A DNA stretch of 64,000 bases, from the NCBI GenBank assembly GCA_002840565.1, contig PHBK01000003.1, forward strand, positions 47,493 to 111,492, in the 5' to 3' direction. The notes below the pieces were generated by a model, which ran no database searches, was not told the DNA's origin, and saw only the letters and a list, made by a program, of their open reading frames with translations. The DNA is from Deltaproteobacteria bacterium HGW-Deltaproteobacteria-12. Its GTDB lineage: Bacteria > Desulfobacterota > Syntrophia > Syntrophales > Smithellaceae. The translations under genes were made by a program, and so were the position numbers. Below, one piece after another: positions 37,754 through 47,042 of this stretch. How positions within the stretch are numbered: the stretch's first letter is position 1; each line of letters begins with the position of its first letter.

Positions 37754-38728
37754 CTAATTTCCCTTCCTTTTCAGAAGAAAAATGAAATAGGGCGCACCGC
37801 AAAGAGCGGTTATTACCCCTACCGGCAACTCCGCCGGAGCCAGAACGACTCTGGCGACAGTATCGGCAGCAACTAAAAAAGAAGCGCCGAAGAGAACGGA
37901 GGCCGGAATCAGCAGGCGATGATCAGAGCCAAAAACCAGCCGCATCATATGCGGCACCATGATCCCGACAAAGCCGATTATGCCGCTCAGCGATACGGCC
38001 ACCGCCGTTATCAGCGATGTTACAATCAATATCCATTGCCTGGTTCTCTCCACATTGACGCCCAGTTGCAGAGCATTTTCTTCCCCCTGCGCAATCAAAT
38101 TGAGCTTCAGCGCCTGCCGGTAGAGCAAAATAAATCCGCCCAGCAAACAGGCTGCAGCCACACCGATTTCTCTGGCTGATGCCCGCGAGAGATCGCCCAT
38201 CAGCCAGAAGGTTATGCTGTGCAGCTCCATGCTGTCGGCAATGGAAAGGAAAAAAAGGATAGCGGCGGAAAAAAAAGCATTGACCACTACCCCGGACAAT
38301 AAAAGCGAATTATCCAGCAGGGCCCCCCGGTTGCCGCCGGAAACTATGAAGACCAGAAAAACCGTCGCGAGCGCTCCCAGGAAAGCCAGCAGCGGCGTCC
38401 CCAGATAAAACGAGCTTGCTCCGATCAGGATGCCGATAATCGCGCCCAGGGCGGAGCCCCCGGAGATACCCAGGATATAAGGGTCAGCCAGGGGATTGCG
38501 CAGCAGTGCCTGGAATACAACGCCGCCCAGGGAGAGGGAAGCGCCGACGATGCCGGCAAAAATGATGCGCGGCAGCCGCACCGCGAAGATAATTAAATCT
38601 TCCTGAGAGCTAAGAGAGCGTCCGCCGGCCAGAGCTTCGATCAAAGACTGAAAAACCCTCCCCGGGCCAATGTGGACGCTGCCAATGGCCAGAGAAACAA
38701 GAGTAAGCGCCAGAAACACGGCCAGCAT
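37754..38728 (-). CDS. FecCD/BtuC-family ABC permease (iron-chelate/cobalamin type)
   Basis: 324 aa, about 9-10 TM helices. 'RLPRI..A..VGA.L...G...Q...RNPLADPYILGIS.G' signature. Confidence 0.85.
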   Translation of the reverse strand: MLAVFLALTLVSLAIGSVHIGPGRVFQSLIEALAGGRSLSSQEDLIIFAVRLPRIIFAGIVGASLSLGGVVFQALLRNPLADPYILGISGGSALGAIIGILIGASSFYLGTPLLAFLGALATVFLVFIVSGGNRGALLDNSLLLSGVVVNAFFSAAILFFLSIADSMELHSITFWLMGDLSRASAREIGVAAACLLGGFILLYRQALKLNLIAQGEENALQLGVNVERTRQWILIVTSLITAVAVSLSGIIGFVGIMVPHMMRLVFGSDHRLLIPASVLFGASFLVAADTVARVVLAPAELPVGVITALCGAPYFIFLLKRKGN

Positions 38729-38886
38729 CGTAGCGCTTATTCGCAGGACCCGGAATGCGGTTACACGGCGATAAATAGGGATGATTCTCCTCTTGGTATT
38801 TTCATTCTTATTACCAATTTACAGGGAAAAAGCCAACAGGTAATAATGGAGTCTCCGCGCCTAGTGATTGGTGATCTTCCCGCCTC

Positions 38887-39711
38887 CTATCCGGTACGGC
38901 GAGATTTTTTAGCCGGATGCTCCGGGGGCGGTATGGGCGAAGGTACCGGGATGTTCCTCGGGTCGGGGAATTGATCTTCCCGCCCGCAATAGTGATCGGC
39001 CTGGTAGGTGAGGTAATTGATCCGGTCATCTAATTCCCGACGCAGCCCTTCCATCTGTTCCTGAGATGGATCGGCGGGAACTTCGAGAGCATGACAATCG
39101 AATATCATGACAATCCTGGAAAACGGCTTCGGAATCATTGTGCGATCCCAGCTGTTGATCCGGAAACATGGTTGCGCGCTCCAGCTAAAAGGAATAATCG
39201 GTATGCCCGTCCGGGCGGCGGCGGCGATTACACCGAATTTAGAAATATAGGGCGGCCCATTGGGCCCGTCGGTGGCAATACCGGCTGGTTTGCCGGCCTG
39301 TATTAAACCGACGAATTCTTCCAGCGCTTGCTTGCCGCCCTTGTCCTTGCCGCTGCTTCCGCGCGGCGGTGTATATCCGAACCTTTTCAGCATCGCAGTC
39401 AGCAGTTCACCGTCCTTGCTGCGGCTCGTCATCAGAGCGGCCCCGAGGTTGCGGAAATAAAAAACGGTGAAAAGCAATCCCCGATGCCAACTCGCGCCGA
39501 GCATTCGTCCGCTGTGTGCCCTCTTGCTATCCTCGAGAATTTCAGCGCCAAAGACGCGAATTCGGCAAGTCAGAAACAGCAGGTGCATTGCCGCCCAGAT
39601 AGCATAGCTTCCCAGAAAGGAGACGATTCTGATTTGAAGTGGATGTTTCGGCCGATAGAGTTTGACTCTCCGTCCGTATTCGTTTTTGATCATTAAAAAC
39701 TCTTTTGCCAT
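38887..39711 (-). CDS. DUF374-type lysophospholipid-acyltransferase-like protein
   Basis: 'SWHRGLL', 'SRSKDGELL', 'ATDGPNGPPY', 'G.PIIPFSW' pattern. The start is uncertain (39711 or upstream to 39840). Pro-rich C-terminal tail. Confidence 0.6.
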   Translation of the reverse strand: MAKEFLMIKNEYGRRVKLYRPKHPLQIRIVSFLGSYAIWAAMHLLFLTCRIRVFGAEILEDSKRAHSGRMLGASWHRGLLFTVFYFRNLGAALMTSRSKDGELLTAMLKRFGYTPPRGSSGKDKGGKQALEEFVGLIQAGKPAGIATDGPNGPPYISKFGVIAAAARTGIPIIPFSWSAQPCFRINSWDRTMIPKPFSRIVMIFDCHALEVPADPSQEQMEGLRRELDDRINYLTYQADHYCGREDQFPDPRNIPVPSPIPPPEHPAKKSRRTG

Positions 39712-39884
39712 GTCAAAGCTGAGCGGACCATACACGAGTGCCGGGATAAACACAAAGAGTTTAATCCTGGTTGGCAGCACAATATTTGCCTGCAATTTCT
39801 CTTGACACTTCAATACATCCAAGGCAAAACAATCGGGCAACGTCTCGATTTACGCCGTCCGAAGAAAATGCAGGGGATGTTCTC

Positions 39885-40310
39885 ATGGATGAAATGTTGG
39901 CAATGGGGAAACAGGTTTTAGCAATGCAACCCTTCAGTGTGCTCATCGGGGCGGAACTGACCGCCTTTTCCGCAGGATACACGGAATTAAAGATTCCGAT
40001 CAGGCCGGATCTCAGGCAGCAGCACGGCTTCGTTCATGGCGGAGTCATCAGCTATGCCGCCGACAACGCCCTTACTTATGTCGGGGGCAGTGTCCTGGGG
40101 CCGGCGGTGGTGACATCCGAATTCAAGATCAATTATCTGCGGCCGGTAGTGGACGATTTAATTATTGCCCGCGCCTCGGTGATTTATGCCGGGAAGAATC
40201 AGGCGGTATGCCGCTGCGATGTCTATGCCCTGAGCGAAGGTAAAGAGAGTCTGTGCGCAACGGCACAGGGCACGATCAGAGCAATCGGCCAAACACAAAG
40301 GGAGCCTTAA
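39885..40310 (+). CDS. PaaI-family hotdog thioesterase
   Basis: 'N..G.VHGGVISYAADNA', about 140 aa. Start at the ATG at 39885. Confidence 0.8.
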   Translation: MDEMLAMGKQVLAMQPFSVLIGAELTAFSAGYTELKIPIRPDLRQQHGFVHGGVISYAADNALTYVGGSVLGPAVVTSEFKINYLRPVVDDLIIARASVIYAGKNQAVCRCDVYALSEGKESLCATAQGTIRAIGQTQREP

Positions 40311-40360
40311 GGGCAAAAATATCAACCATGCTTTTCAAAAGCTTTTTCCCGGGAGGTCTT

Positions 40361-41314
40361 ATGGAAACACGCCGTAGTTTCATCAAGAAAGGCGTCATTA
40401 TCGGCGCTGCTGTATGTTTGCCGGCGGCAATAGGTCGTGAAAGCCTCGCTTCTTATCCGGATTTAAAAACTCGCCACCCGAAAAAGGCGCTGGTGTTATG
40501 GTACAGTCAGACTGGTCAGACCAGCCGGTATGCCAGGCTTATCGGCTGTATCCTCAAAGACAGAGGCCTTGCGGTTGATGTGCGCGATATGCAGGAGTTC
40601 GATAAAAACGGACTGGCGAACTATGATCTCATCGTTGTCGGCACGCCGACTTTTTACTATGATACCCCTGATAATGTCCGGGATTGGCTGCAGGCAATTC
40701 CCCTGATCCCGGGGACACCGGTTGCAGCGTTTGTGTCTTTTGGCGGTCCGGAAGGCAATCAGCACAACGCGGCAACTCATATCCTTAAACTGTTGATAGA
40801 GAAAGGAGGGGTCCCGGTGGGGCGGGATGCGTTTCGCAATATTCCTTCCTATCCGACGCCCAAGTGGAATACCGCGAACCAGATTTCCGGGCAGCATCTG
40901 CCCAATGCGGCAACTTATGATCAGGTGCGCCGTTTTGCAGCAGACGTTCTGGAAAGAATTACCCGGGGCCAAACCATTGCTGTCGGATATGAAATAGCGC
41001 TGCGGGAAGGTTTGCGGGTGCTGCCCCTGATCTGGCTGAACAAGAAGGCGATCAGCAAGCACACTGTTGATGCGGGCAAGTGCATCGGCTGTCAAACCTG
41101 TGTGAAAAAATGCCCCACGAAAGCAATTAATCCTTCCCGGCAGACTGTTGACCGTGATAAATGCCTGGCCTGCTTCGGGTGCCTGAATAATTGCCCTGCC
41201 GATGCCGTGGTTATGGAATACCGGGGAGAGCGGTTGTACGGATTTCCTGAATATCTCCGGCGCAACAAAATTGTTATCCTGGAGCCGCCGGAATTCAAAG
41301 CATGCAAGCTGTAG
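40361..41314 (+). CDS. Tat-signal flavodoxin-like / 2x[4Fe-4S] ferredoxin fusion protein
   Basis: 'METRRSFIKKG' twin-arginine motif, flavodoxin-like 'ALVLWYSQTGQT', two 'CxxCxxCxxxCP' motifs. GGAGG RBS before 40361. Confidence 0.7.
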   Translation: METRRSFIKKGVIIGAAVCLPAAIGRESLASYPDLKTRHPKKALVLWYSQTGQTSRYARLIGCILKDRGLAVDVRDMQEFDKNGLANYDLIVVGTPTFYYDTPDNVRDWLQAIPLIPGTPVAAFVSFGGPEGNQHNAATHILKLLIEKGGVPVGRDAFRNIPSYPTPKWNTANQISGQHLPNAATYDQVRRFAADVLERITRGQTIAVGYEIALREGLRVLPLIWLNKKAISKHTVDAGKCIGCQTCVKKCPTKAINPSRQTVDRDKCLACFGCLNNCPADAVVMEYRGERLYGFPEYLRRNKIVILEPPEFKACKL

Positions 41315-41703
41315 GCGTTTTCCGCTCGAGCAGTGCCGAAGAGAATTCACCAGGTACAAAGGGCAAGAACAAGAATCATCTTGGTTTATATCTCTGCCTG
41401 AAAGAACTTGGTCTTTTGGCTCAACCGCTATTTTGTTCAGTACCGCAGGGCACCTGATGTTACACATAAAAGAACTCCGAAGCAATTATATTCAGTAATA
41501 CTCAATGCCCGGAAAGTAATTCAAAAGAACCTGCCGCACTGATGAAATAATCATGAATGTTCATTATTTGTGCACGTTCAATTTATATGAACACACAAAT
41601 AAATGAACATAAATATTGTTATATTGCTGTAAAATAATATATAAAATATTGGAATATTTTACTTTTATAAATAAACAGCCCAAATCATTTATTTTCAAAT
41701 ATC

Positions 41704-41747
41704 TTGACATTCGTTCAATTTTATCTTATGTTCATCATTAATGAACA
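41704..41747 (+). promoter_or_regulatory. Promoter candidate (TTGACA-17 nt-TATGTT) overlapped by a perfect inverted repeat, TGTTCAT-N5-ATGAACA
   Basis: -35 at 41704-41709, -10 at 41727-41732, IR at 41729-41747. More (A)TGAACA/TGTTCA(T) half-sites lie at 41551-41610. Confidence 0.5.
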
Positions 41748-41768
41748 AATTGAAAAAGTGAACGTCCT

Positions 41769-42818
41769 ATGTATAATACAAACAAAAATATCGAAGATGA
41801 AATCCTTAAACTTGCGATAGAGGCATTTAGGAAGAATGTCCCTTTGCAGTTAAATGTCGAAACTTTGGTTAAACAACCCCATTACAATTTTGATTTTCGA
41901 CCAGATATAGAATTAGGTATGGAGATAAACGGTAAGGAAATTAGATATTGTGCTGAAATTAAGAACACCTTCACAAAGACAAATATTATGTTATTGCTCA
42001 TGCACAAACAAAAATTACCATACCCCCTTTTGTTAGTAGCAAAATATGTAAATCCCGTTATGACTAAAGATTTAAAGGAGAAAGGTATAGAGTTCATTGA
42101 TACAACGGGCAATGCATTTATCAACCGGCCACCAATATACATTTTTTTAAAAGGTAATAGACCTCCAGAGGCCCCTGGACAAACTCAAAACAAAACGTTT
42201 AAACCAGCAGGTCTCAAAATAATTTATGCCTTTTTGTGTAATCCCAAACTAGAGGATGCGCCATTTCGAGAAATTGCAGATAAGGCAGATGTCGCTCTTG
42301 GAACAGTAGGCTGGTTCATGAGGGATTTAAGGGAATTAGGTTTTCTAATAGATATGGGGGAAAGGGGCTACAAACTTGTTCAGAAAGATACCCTGTTTCA
42401 GCGATGGATAACCGCGTATCCGGAGCGGTTAAGACCTAAACAGATACTGGGACGTTATAGGGGAGAGTACGATGGTTGGTGGAATAATAAAGAATTGCAT
42501 AATTTGAAGGCAAAATGGGGCGGAGAGGTTGCTGCTGCAAAACTGACTAAATATCTTAATCCTGAAGTAATAACGATCTATACGAAGACTGAATATCTCA
42601 ATCAGCTATTGCTTGAGTGTAAACTTAGAAAGGATCCGGCTGGTGAAATTGAAATACTCAATCAGTTCTGGGAGTATGATGAAAATACGGAATATAGGGA
42701 TTTGGTTCACCCAATACTTATCTACGCAGATCTTGTCGCAACAGGAAACCAGAGAAATATCGAAACGGCAAAAATGATTTATGAAGACTATATCATTCGA
42801 CTTATCAGGAAAGATTGA
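41769..42818 (+). CDS. AbiEi_2-like putative antitoxin/transcriptional regulator (PD-ExK-like N-terminal domain plus wHTH)
   Basis: 349 aa. 'RPDIEL...CAEIKN' nuclease-like motif, HTH 'FREIADKADVALGTVGWFMRDLRELGFL'. Overlaps the downstream nucleotidyltransferase gene. Family assignment is from memory of the COG4861/PF09952 pattern. Confidence 0.55.
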   Translation: MYNTNKNIEDEILKLAIEAFRKNVPLQLNVETLVKQPHYNFDFRPDIELGMEINGKEIRYCAEIKNTFTKTNIMLLLMHKQKLPYPLLLVAKYVNPVMTKDLKEKGIEFIDTTGNAFINRPPIYIFLKGNRPPEAPGQTQNKTFKPAGLKIIYAFLCNPKLEDAPFREIADKADVALGTVGWFMRDLRELGFLIDMGERGYKLVQKDTLFQRWITAYPERLRPKQILGRYRGEYDGWWNNKELHNLKAKWGGEVAAAKLTKYLNPEVITIYTKTEYLNQLLLECKLRKDPAGEIEILNQFWEYDENTEYRDLVHPILIYADLVATGNQRNIETAKMIYEDYIIRLIRKD

Positions 42819-43647
42819 TCAGCAAAAAATAGAAGCCCTGCTAGCTATTAAAAAAGAAACTGATATTTTAAATATCCCTTTTTTTGTGGTCGGCGCTTTT
42901 GCAAGAGATATAATATTTAAGCATTATTATGATATAACTCCTCGCAGAATGACGGGAGATATCGACTTGGGTATTAATATTGCTGATTGGGAACAGTTTG
43001 ATATGTTGATTACTTCATTAATCTCAACCGGTAAATTTTCTCGAACAAAAGAACCTCAAAGATATATCTTCGACTCTACTCTAATTGATATAGTGCCATT
43101 TGGTGCGATTTCTGATGAACAGCTTAAAATTAGTTGGCCACCTGAACATAAAATATTTATGAGTATTGTTGGATTTAAGGAAGCATTTGAAAATTCCATT
43201 ATATTCAGATTAAATTCTGATCCCGAACTTGATATCAAAGTACCCACCTTGCCAGGTCTAGCAGTTATGAAAATCATTTCATGGAAGGAAAAATATCCTG
43301 AACGTTCCAAAGATGCTGATGATTTGTTGCTAATAATGCATGAATACGAGCATGCAGGAAATTTTGATAGGCTTTACGTGAGCGAACAGGATTTGCTGAT
43401 GGAAGAAGATTTCGACAACCAAATTGCGAGCATTAGATTGCTTGGTAGGGATATGGGAATGATTGTTGATAAAGACACAGCAAAAGTTGTCCGATCTATT
43501 TTAGAGGGTGAAAATAATGATTTTCAAAATTTGATCATCGATGTTATCCGAGAGAGAAAAATGTTCGATCATAAATTTGAAACAATAAGTCTTCATCTAG
43601 AAAAACTAAAAAAAGGGTTTATTGAGGTCTTGGAAAAAGAGTTATAA
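42781..43647 (+). CDS. Pol-beta-fold nucleotidyltransferase, AbiEii/AbiGii-like putative toxin
   Basis: 288 aa. 'VVGAFARD...TGDIDLGI' (G-x...DxD NTase motif) and 'K.ISWKEKYPERSKDADDL' (K..R..KD..DL motif). 38-nt overlap with the upstream gene. Confidence 0.6.
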   Translation: MKTISFDLSGKIDQQKIEALLAIKKETDILNIPFFVVGAFARDIIFKHYYDITPRRMTGDIDLGINIADWEQFDMLITSLISTGKFSRTKEPQRYIFDSTLIDIVPFGAISDEQLKISWPPEHKIFMSIVGFKEAFENSIIFRLNSDPELDIKVPTLPGLAVMKIISWKEKYPERSKDADDLLLIMHEYEHAGNFDRLYVSEQDLLMEEDFDNQIASIRLLGRDMGMIVDKDTAKVVRSILEGENNDFQNLIIDVIRERKMFDHKFETISLHLEKLKKGFIEVLEKEL

Positions 43648-43772
43648 AACCTCTTCGGTGGGGGATCTTAAACATCAGTCTATTTTGAAATAAAAATTTA
43701 TTGTGCTATGGAAATATCCAAATTATCAGGAAAATAGAAGCTCAGATATTAATTGCATGGGCTGATATAAAT

Positions 43773-44084
43773 ATGACAAAGACACAAACAATTTACAATC
43801 TCGCGCAATGCGTGGCCGATGAGTTGCCAGATATGTTTCTCAAGAAATGCCCTGGAGTGGGAAATAACTTCACCAATCTATACATGTATCGCCTCAATGA
43901 AACTGCTGTTAACGCTCTCGGCAAATACTATGCCGAACAGAAAATATGCGAACCCACTGTTGAATGTGTTGATTCCTATGTGCCGGAAGAATCAACAATC
44001 ATTGAGGTAGAACTTAGTCTTTACAACGTCCACACGAATCTCGATAGAGATATGTCCGCAGGGGCAAATTTGTCCTGCCGGTAA
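43773..44084 (+). CDS. Hypothetical small protein (doubtful)
   Basis: 103-aa ORF with no recognisable motif. It overlaps the 3' end of the lipoprotein gene convergently by 64 nt. Confidence 0.25.
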   Translation: MTKTQTIYNLAQCVADELPDMFLKKCPGVGNNFTNLYMYRLNETAVNALGKYYAEQKICEPTVECVDSYVPEESTIIEVELSLYNVHTNLDRDMSAGANLSCR

Positions 44085-44680
44085 TTATCGTCCGGAAGTA
44101 ATGTCTGATATGTAGGCCGGGGAGCAGATGGGATCCGGATAAGTTTATCTTTATAGGCGGCAAAAATCTGCGGGTGTTGCTCGGCAAAATATTTCAGTGT
44201 TTCATCTTCTGTAATCCGCTCATAATGATATTTAAAGGCAACAGAACCTTTTCCCGTTTTCCCCTGGGGGAAGGGCCCCGCAATCCTGTCAATGACTATT
44301 CTGACGGTGCCGAAGTAGACCAGCTTGCCCTGGGGGACTTCAAAACGCAGGATATCGTCATGATCGTTTTTATCATTGCTTCTTTTCTTTAATCGAAGGA
44401 TATAGCTGCCGGGACGGGCAACCTTAAAGAGGTAACCCCGGTTCTGCAGTTTGTCGGCCTTGGTTAAACCGAATCCCTTGCCCGCGATATCAATCCTGTC
44501 TTCCGTTCTGCTTTTTATCTCGTAGAGGCTGAATTCCCAGAGTATCGGAACCGTTTCTATTTTGCCGACAATGATCGAATCCGTGGAATTAATTTCCGCG
44601 GAGATATTTTTGATGTTGCCTGCACATCCGGGCAGAGAAAGCAGGAGAAGCAGAATGTATAGATAACGGAATCTTTTCAT
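44021..44680 (-). CDS. Lipoprotein of unknown function
   Basis: 'LLLLLSLPGC' lipobox. It is the last gene downstream of ccsA on the same strand. Confidence 0.6.
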   Translation of the reverse strand: MKRFRYLYILLLLLSLPGCAGNIKNISAEINSTDSIIVGKIETVPILWEFSLYEIKSRTEDRIDIAGKGFGLTKADKLQNRGYLFKVARPGSYILRLKKRSNDKNDHDDILRFEVPQGKLVYFGTVRIVIDRIAGPFPQGKTGKGSVAFKYHYERITEDETLKYFAEQHPQIFAAYKDKLIRIPSAPRPTYQTLLPDDNYRQDKFAPADISLSRFVWTL

Positions 44681-44739
44681 CAGTCAGCCATTTTAATTTT
44701 GGATAAAACTGAAGTGGGCCGTCCCAGGGCAACAGGGCA

Positions 44740-45582
44740 TCACATGTAGCTGTGCAGGCTGGGCAGCAGATTTACACCCAGATAGGTAAAAAGAACGCAG
44801 CCGAAGCCAATAACAGCCATAATAGCCATGCGTTTTCCTCGCCAACCCCGGACGTTGTGAGCATGCAGCATCAGGGCATAGATCAGCCAGGTGATCAGCG
44901 ACCAGGTTTCTTTGGGATCCCAACTCCAGTAGGACCCCCAGGCGTAATGCGCCCAGACGGAGCCGGTGATAATGCCCAGCGTTAAAAAGACAAAACCCAG
45001 GGCTACACACTGATACATCAGTTCATCAAGTATGGAATCGGCAGGCAGCAACCTGATAAAAGCGCTTGTTTGTGATGATTCGGCTCCGGCGGCTTTCTTG
45101 ACAAAAAACATGATGCCCAGCGCAAAAGCCACGGTAAAAGCGGCATAGCCCATAAAGCAGGTCAGTACATGCGAGGTCAGCCAGTTGCTTTGCAATGCCG
45201 GAATGAGCGGTTCAATGCGGTTGTTGATTCCGGGCGCAATGGAGGCATAGGCCATGATCAGAAAGGCCACAGGCAAAACAAATGCGCCGAGGCTTCTGTT
45301 TTTTAAACGCCATTCCATTGCGAGATAAAGCAGCACAATCGTCCAGGCAAAGAAAATAAGCGATTCGTAAAAATTGGACAGCGGCGCATGTCCGATGCCG
45401 AGATCGTAGGATGTTTTCCAGCGGATGACCAGAGCCACGCTCTGGGCGACAAGGCCAATCAACGCAGTCCAGGTCGCCAGCTTTCCCCAGAATTCCCTTC
45501 CCAGGATCATCCGGAAAAGATAAAATACAAAAGCGGCAAAATAGATGAAGGTCACCGCGCTCAAGATGGTCGTATTGATCAT
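44740..45582 (-). CDS. ccsA: Cytochrome c biogenesis protein CcsA/ResC (System II haem handling)
   Basis: Polytopic. WWD-type tryptophan-rich motif 'WAHYAWGSYWSWDPKETW' and conserved His residues. Confidence 0.85.
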   Translation of the reverse strand: MINTTILSAVTFIYFAAFVFYLFRMILGREFWGKLATWTALIGLVAQSVALVIRWKTSYDLGIGHAPLSNFYESLIFFAWTIVLLYLAMEWRLKNRSLGAFVLPVAFLIMAYASIAPGINNRIEPLIPALQSNWLTSHVLTCFMGYAAFTVAFALGIMFFVKKAAGAESSQTSAFIRLLPADSILDELMYQCVALGFVFLTLGIITGSVWAHYAWGSYWSWDPKETWSLITWLIYALMLHAHNVRGWRGKRMAIMAVIGFGCVLFTYLGVNLLPSLHSYM

Positions 45583-47009
45583 GGGGAATTCTCCAGTTTA
45601 TCTTTTAGCTCCGCGAGCAGATGTCGCAGTTCGTGTTCCAGCCCCGATTTGTTTTTATAGCTGCGACCGGCAACGCTTATAAGAGACTGCTCCTTCTTCT
45701 GCTCGATCCGAATCCAGACCTGCCGGGAATAAGAGAACAAAACCAGCATCAATCCGGATATCAGGAGCGCTGCCGCGAAGGCCAATACCGGCGTACCCGG
45801 ATCACGGCTCACCTGCAGGCCGGTGAAATATTTTTCTTCCAGTCCCAGAAGAGTGAATGTATAAGGGTGGAAAAGACCGGGATTGAACATCGGAACCTGT
45901 TCAATAATGCCGGGGTTCATTTCCCTGATTTTATCAATATTCTGAAAAACCCAGAAGGTCACTTCTTCTTTTGCGGAACGGACGGCTACTTTTATGGCCG
46001 GTCCCATTTGCATAAGATTCTCTTCCACGCGCAGAACGGTGAACGTTCCTTCTTTTCCCGGAAGTTCAAACTGGTATCCCTTGGCGACATTAATCACATC
46101 CCGGCGGCCGCTTTTCCATAAAGCCAGCGTCGCTTTTCCTTCCGGAGCGGCGCCGTAGCTCGCCTGATAAAAGCGGTATCCTTCAACGGTGACAGGATGG
46201 TTGACCAGCAGCTTTCCCGAATAAATGACCTGATTGTTTCGCAAAAAGGTCAGGTCCGATTGGAACTTTTTGGGTGCGCCGTTTTCATAGAGTTCCAGAA
46301 TAAACTTGTCGCAGCGTACGTCAAAAGGCAGGGGCATGGTCAGTTTTCCGTTGCGCAGAATGAAGGTATTTGCCGTCTCTCCTTCATTGATGTTGAGGTT
46401 TCCTTCCAGTCCGAAGACGGAGCCGATAATGACGCCGGCTATCAAAACCAGAATGCTCAGATGAACGATATAAACGCCGAAGACCGCAAAGCGTCCCTTT
46501 TCGGCACAAAGGACAATGCCCTGTGATTCGTTTCCGCGCTGACAGTTACGGTAGCTTTTTTTTAATACGGCGGCTGCAATATCGGCCGCCTTGGGAGAAT
46601 CCATGCTTGTCGGAAATACATTTTCTTCCGGAAGATTTTTAAAAATATCTTCATTTTGCGGGGATGGCCGCAGGCGAAAACGCCGCCAGGCCAGAGGAAA
46701 CCGATCCAGCGAACAAACAGTCAGATTGATCGTCAGAAGCGCCAGCAAAAGATAAAACCACAGGGAGTGATACAGGTCGAAAATCTGCATGGTCTGCAGG
46801 AAGGAAAAAAGCCCGGGCGAAAGAGTGCGGGCCAGTTCCGCGGCAGCCTCCCGCTGGGGTACGATTGTTCCAATAACGGCGAATAAAGCAATGAGCGCAA
46901 TAAGGACAATGGCCAGTTGAACCGACGAAAAAAAAGACCAGAGGGCGGATTTATTTTTGGTCAAACGAGTTCTCTCCCGATGATGATATTTCCAGATATT
47001 TAACATCAT
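45579..47009 (-). CDS. Cytochrome c biogenesis protein ResB/CcsB
   Basis: 476 aa. 'FSSVQLAIVLIALIA' TM1, large periplasmic domain, C-terminal TM. 4-nt overlap with ccsA. Confidence 0.85.
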   Translation of the reverse strand: MMLNIWKYHHRERTRLTKNKSALWSFFSSVQLAIVLIALIALFAVIGTIVPQREAAAELARTLSPGLFSFLQTMQIFDLYHSLWFYLLLALLTINLTVCSLDRFPLAWRRFRLRPSPQNEDIFKNLPEENVFPTSMDSPKAADIAAAVLKKSYRNCQRGNESQGIVLCAEKGRFAVFGVYIVHLSILVLIAGVIIGSVFGLEGNLNINEGETANTFILRNGKLTMPLPFDVRCDKFILELYENGAPKKFQSDLTFLRNNQVIYSGKLLVNHPVTVEGYRFYQASYGAAPEGKATLALWKSGRRDVINVAKGYQFELPGKEGTFTVLRVEENLMQMGPAIKVAVRSAKEEVTFWVFQNIDKIREMNPGIIEQVPMFNPGLFHPYTFTLLGLEEKYFTGLQVSRDPGTPVLAFAAALLISGLMLVLFSYSRQVWIRIEQKKEQSLISVAGRSYKNKSGLEHELRHLLAELKDKLENSP

Positions 47010-47042
47010 CCCTGTTTTTATGCAATATTTGCAGCAACATGT

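Noticed and set aside
38729-38886. Possible second cobalamin riboswitch upstream of the ABC permease
   Set aside because: I found no GCCACTG or B12-box-like core on either strand. The region may simply hold the promoter or an alternative upstream start of the permease.
40496-41485. 329-aa minus-strand ORF
   Set aside because: It is antisense to the Tat-flavodoxin/ferredoxin gene. It is Arg/Pro/Gly-rich low-complexity sequence with no recognisable domain.
41315-44100. Prophage or integrative element borders (integrase, att repeats) around the AT-rich islet
   Set aside because: I found no integrase or recombinase ORF, no flanking tRNA and no convincing direct repeats. I therefore call it only a compositional islet.
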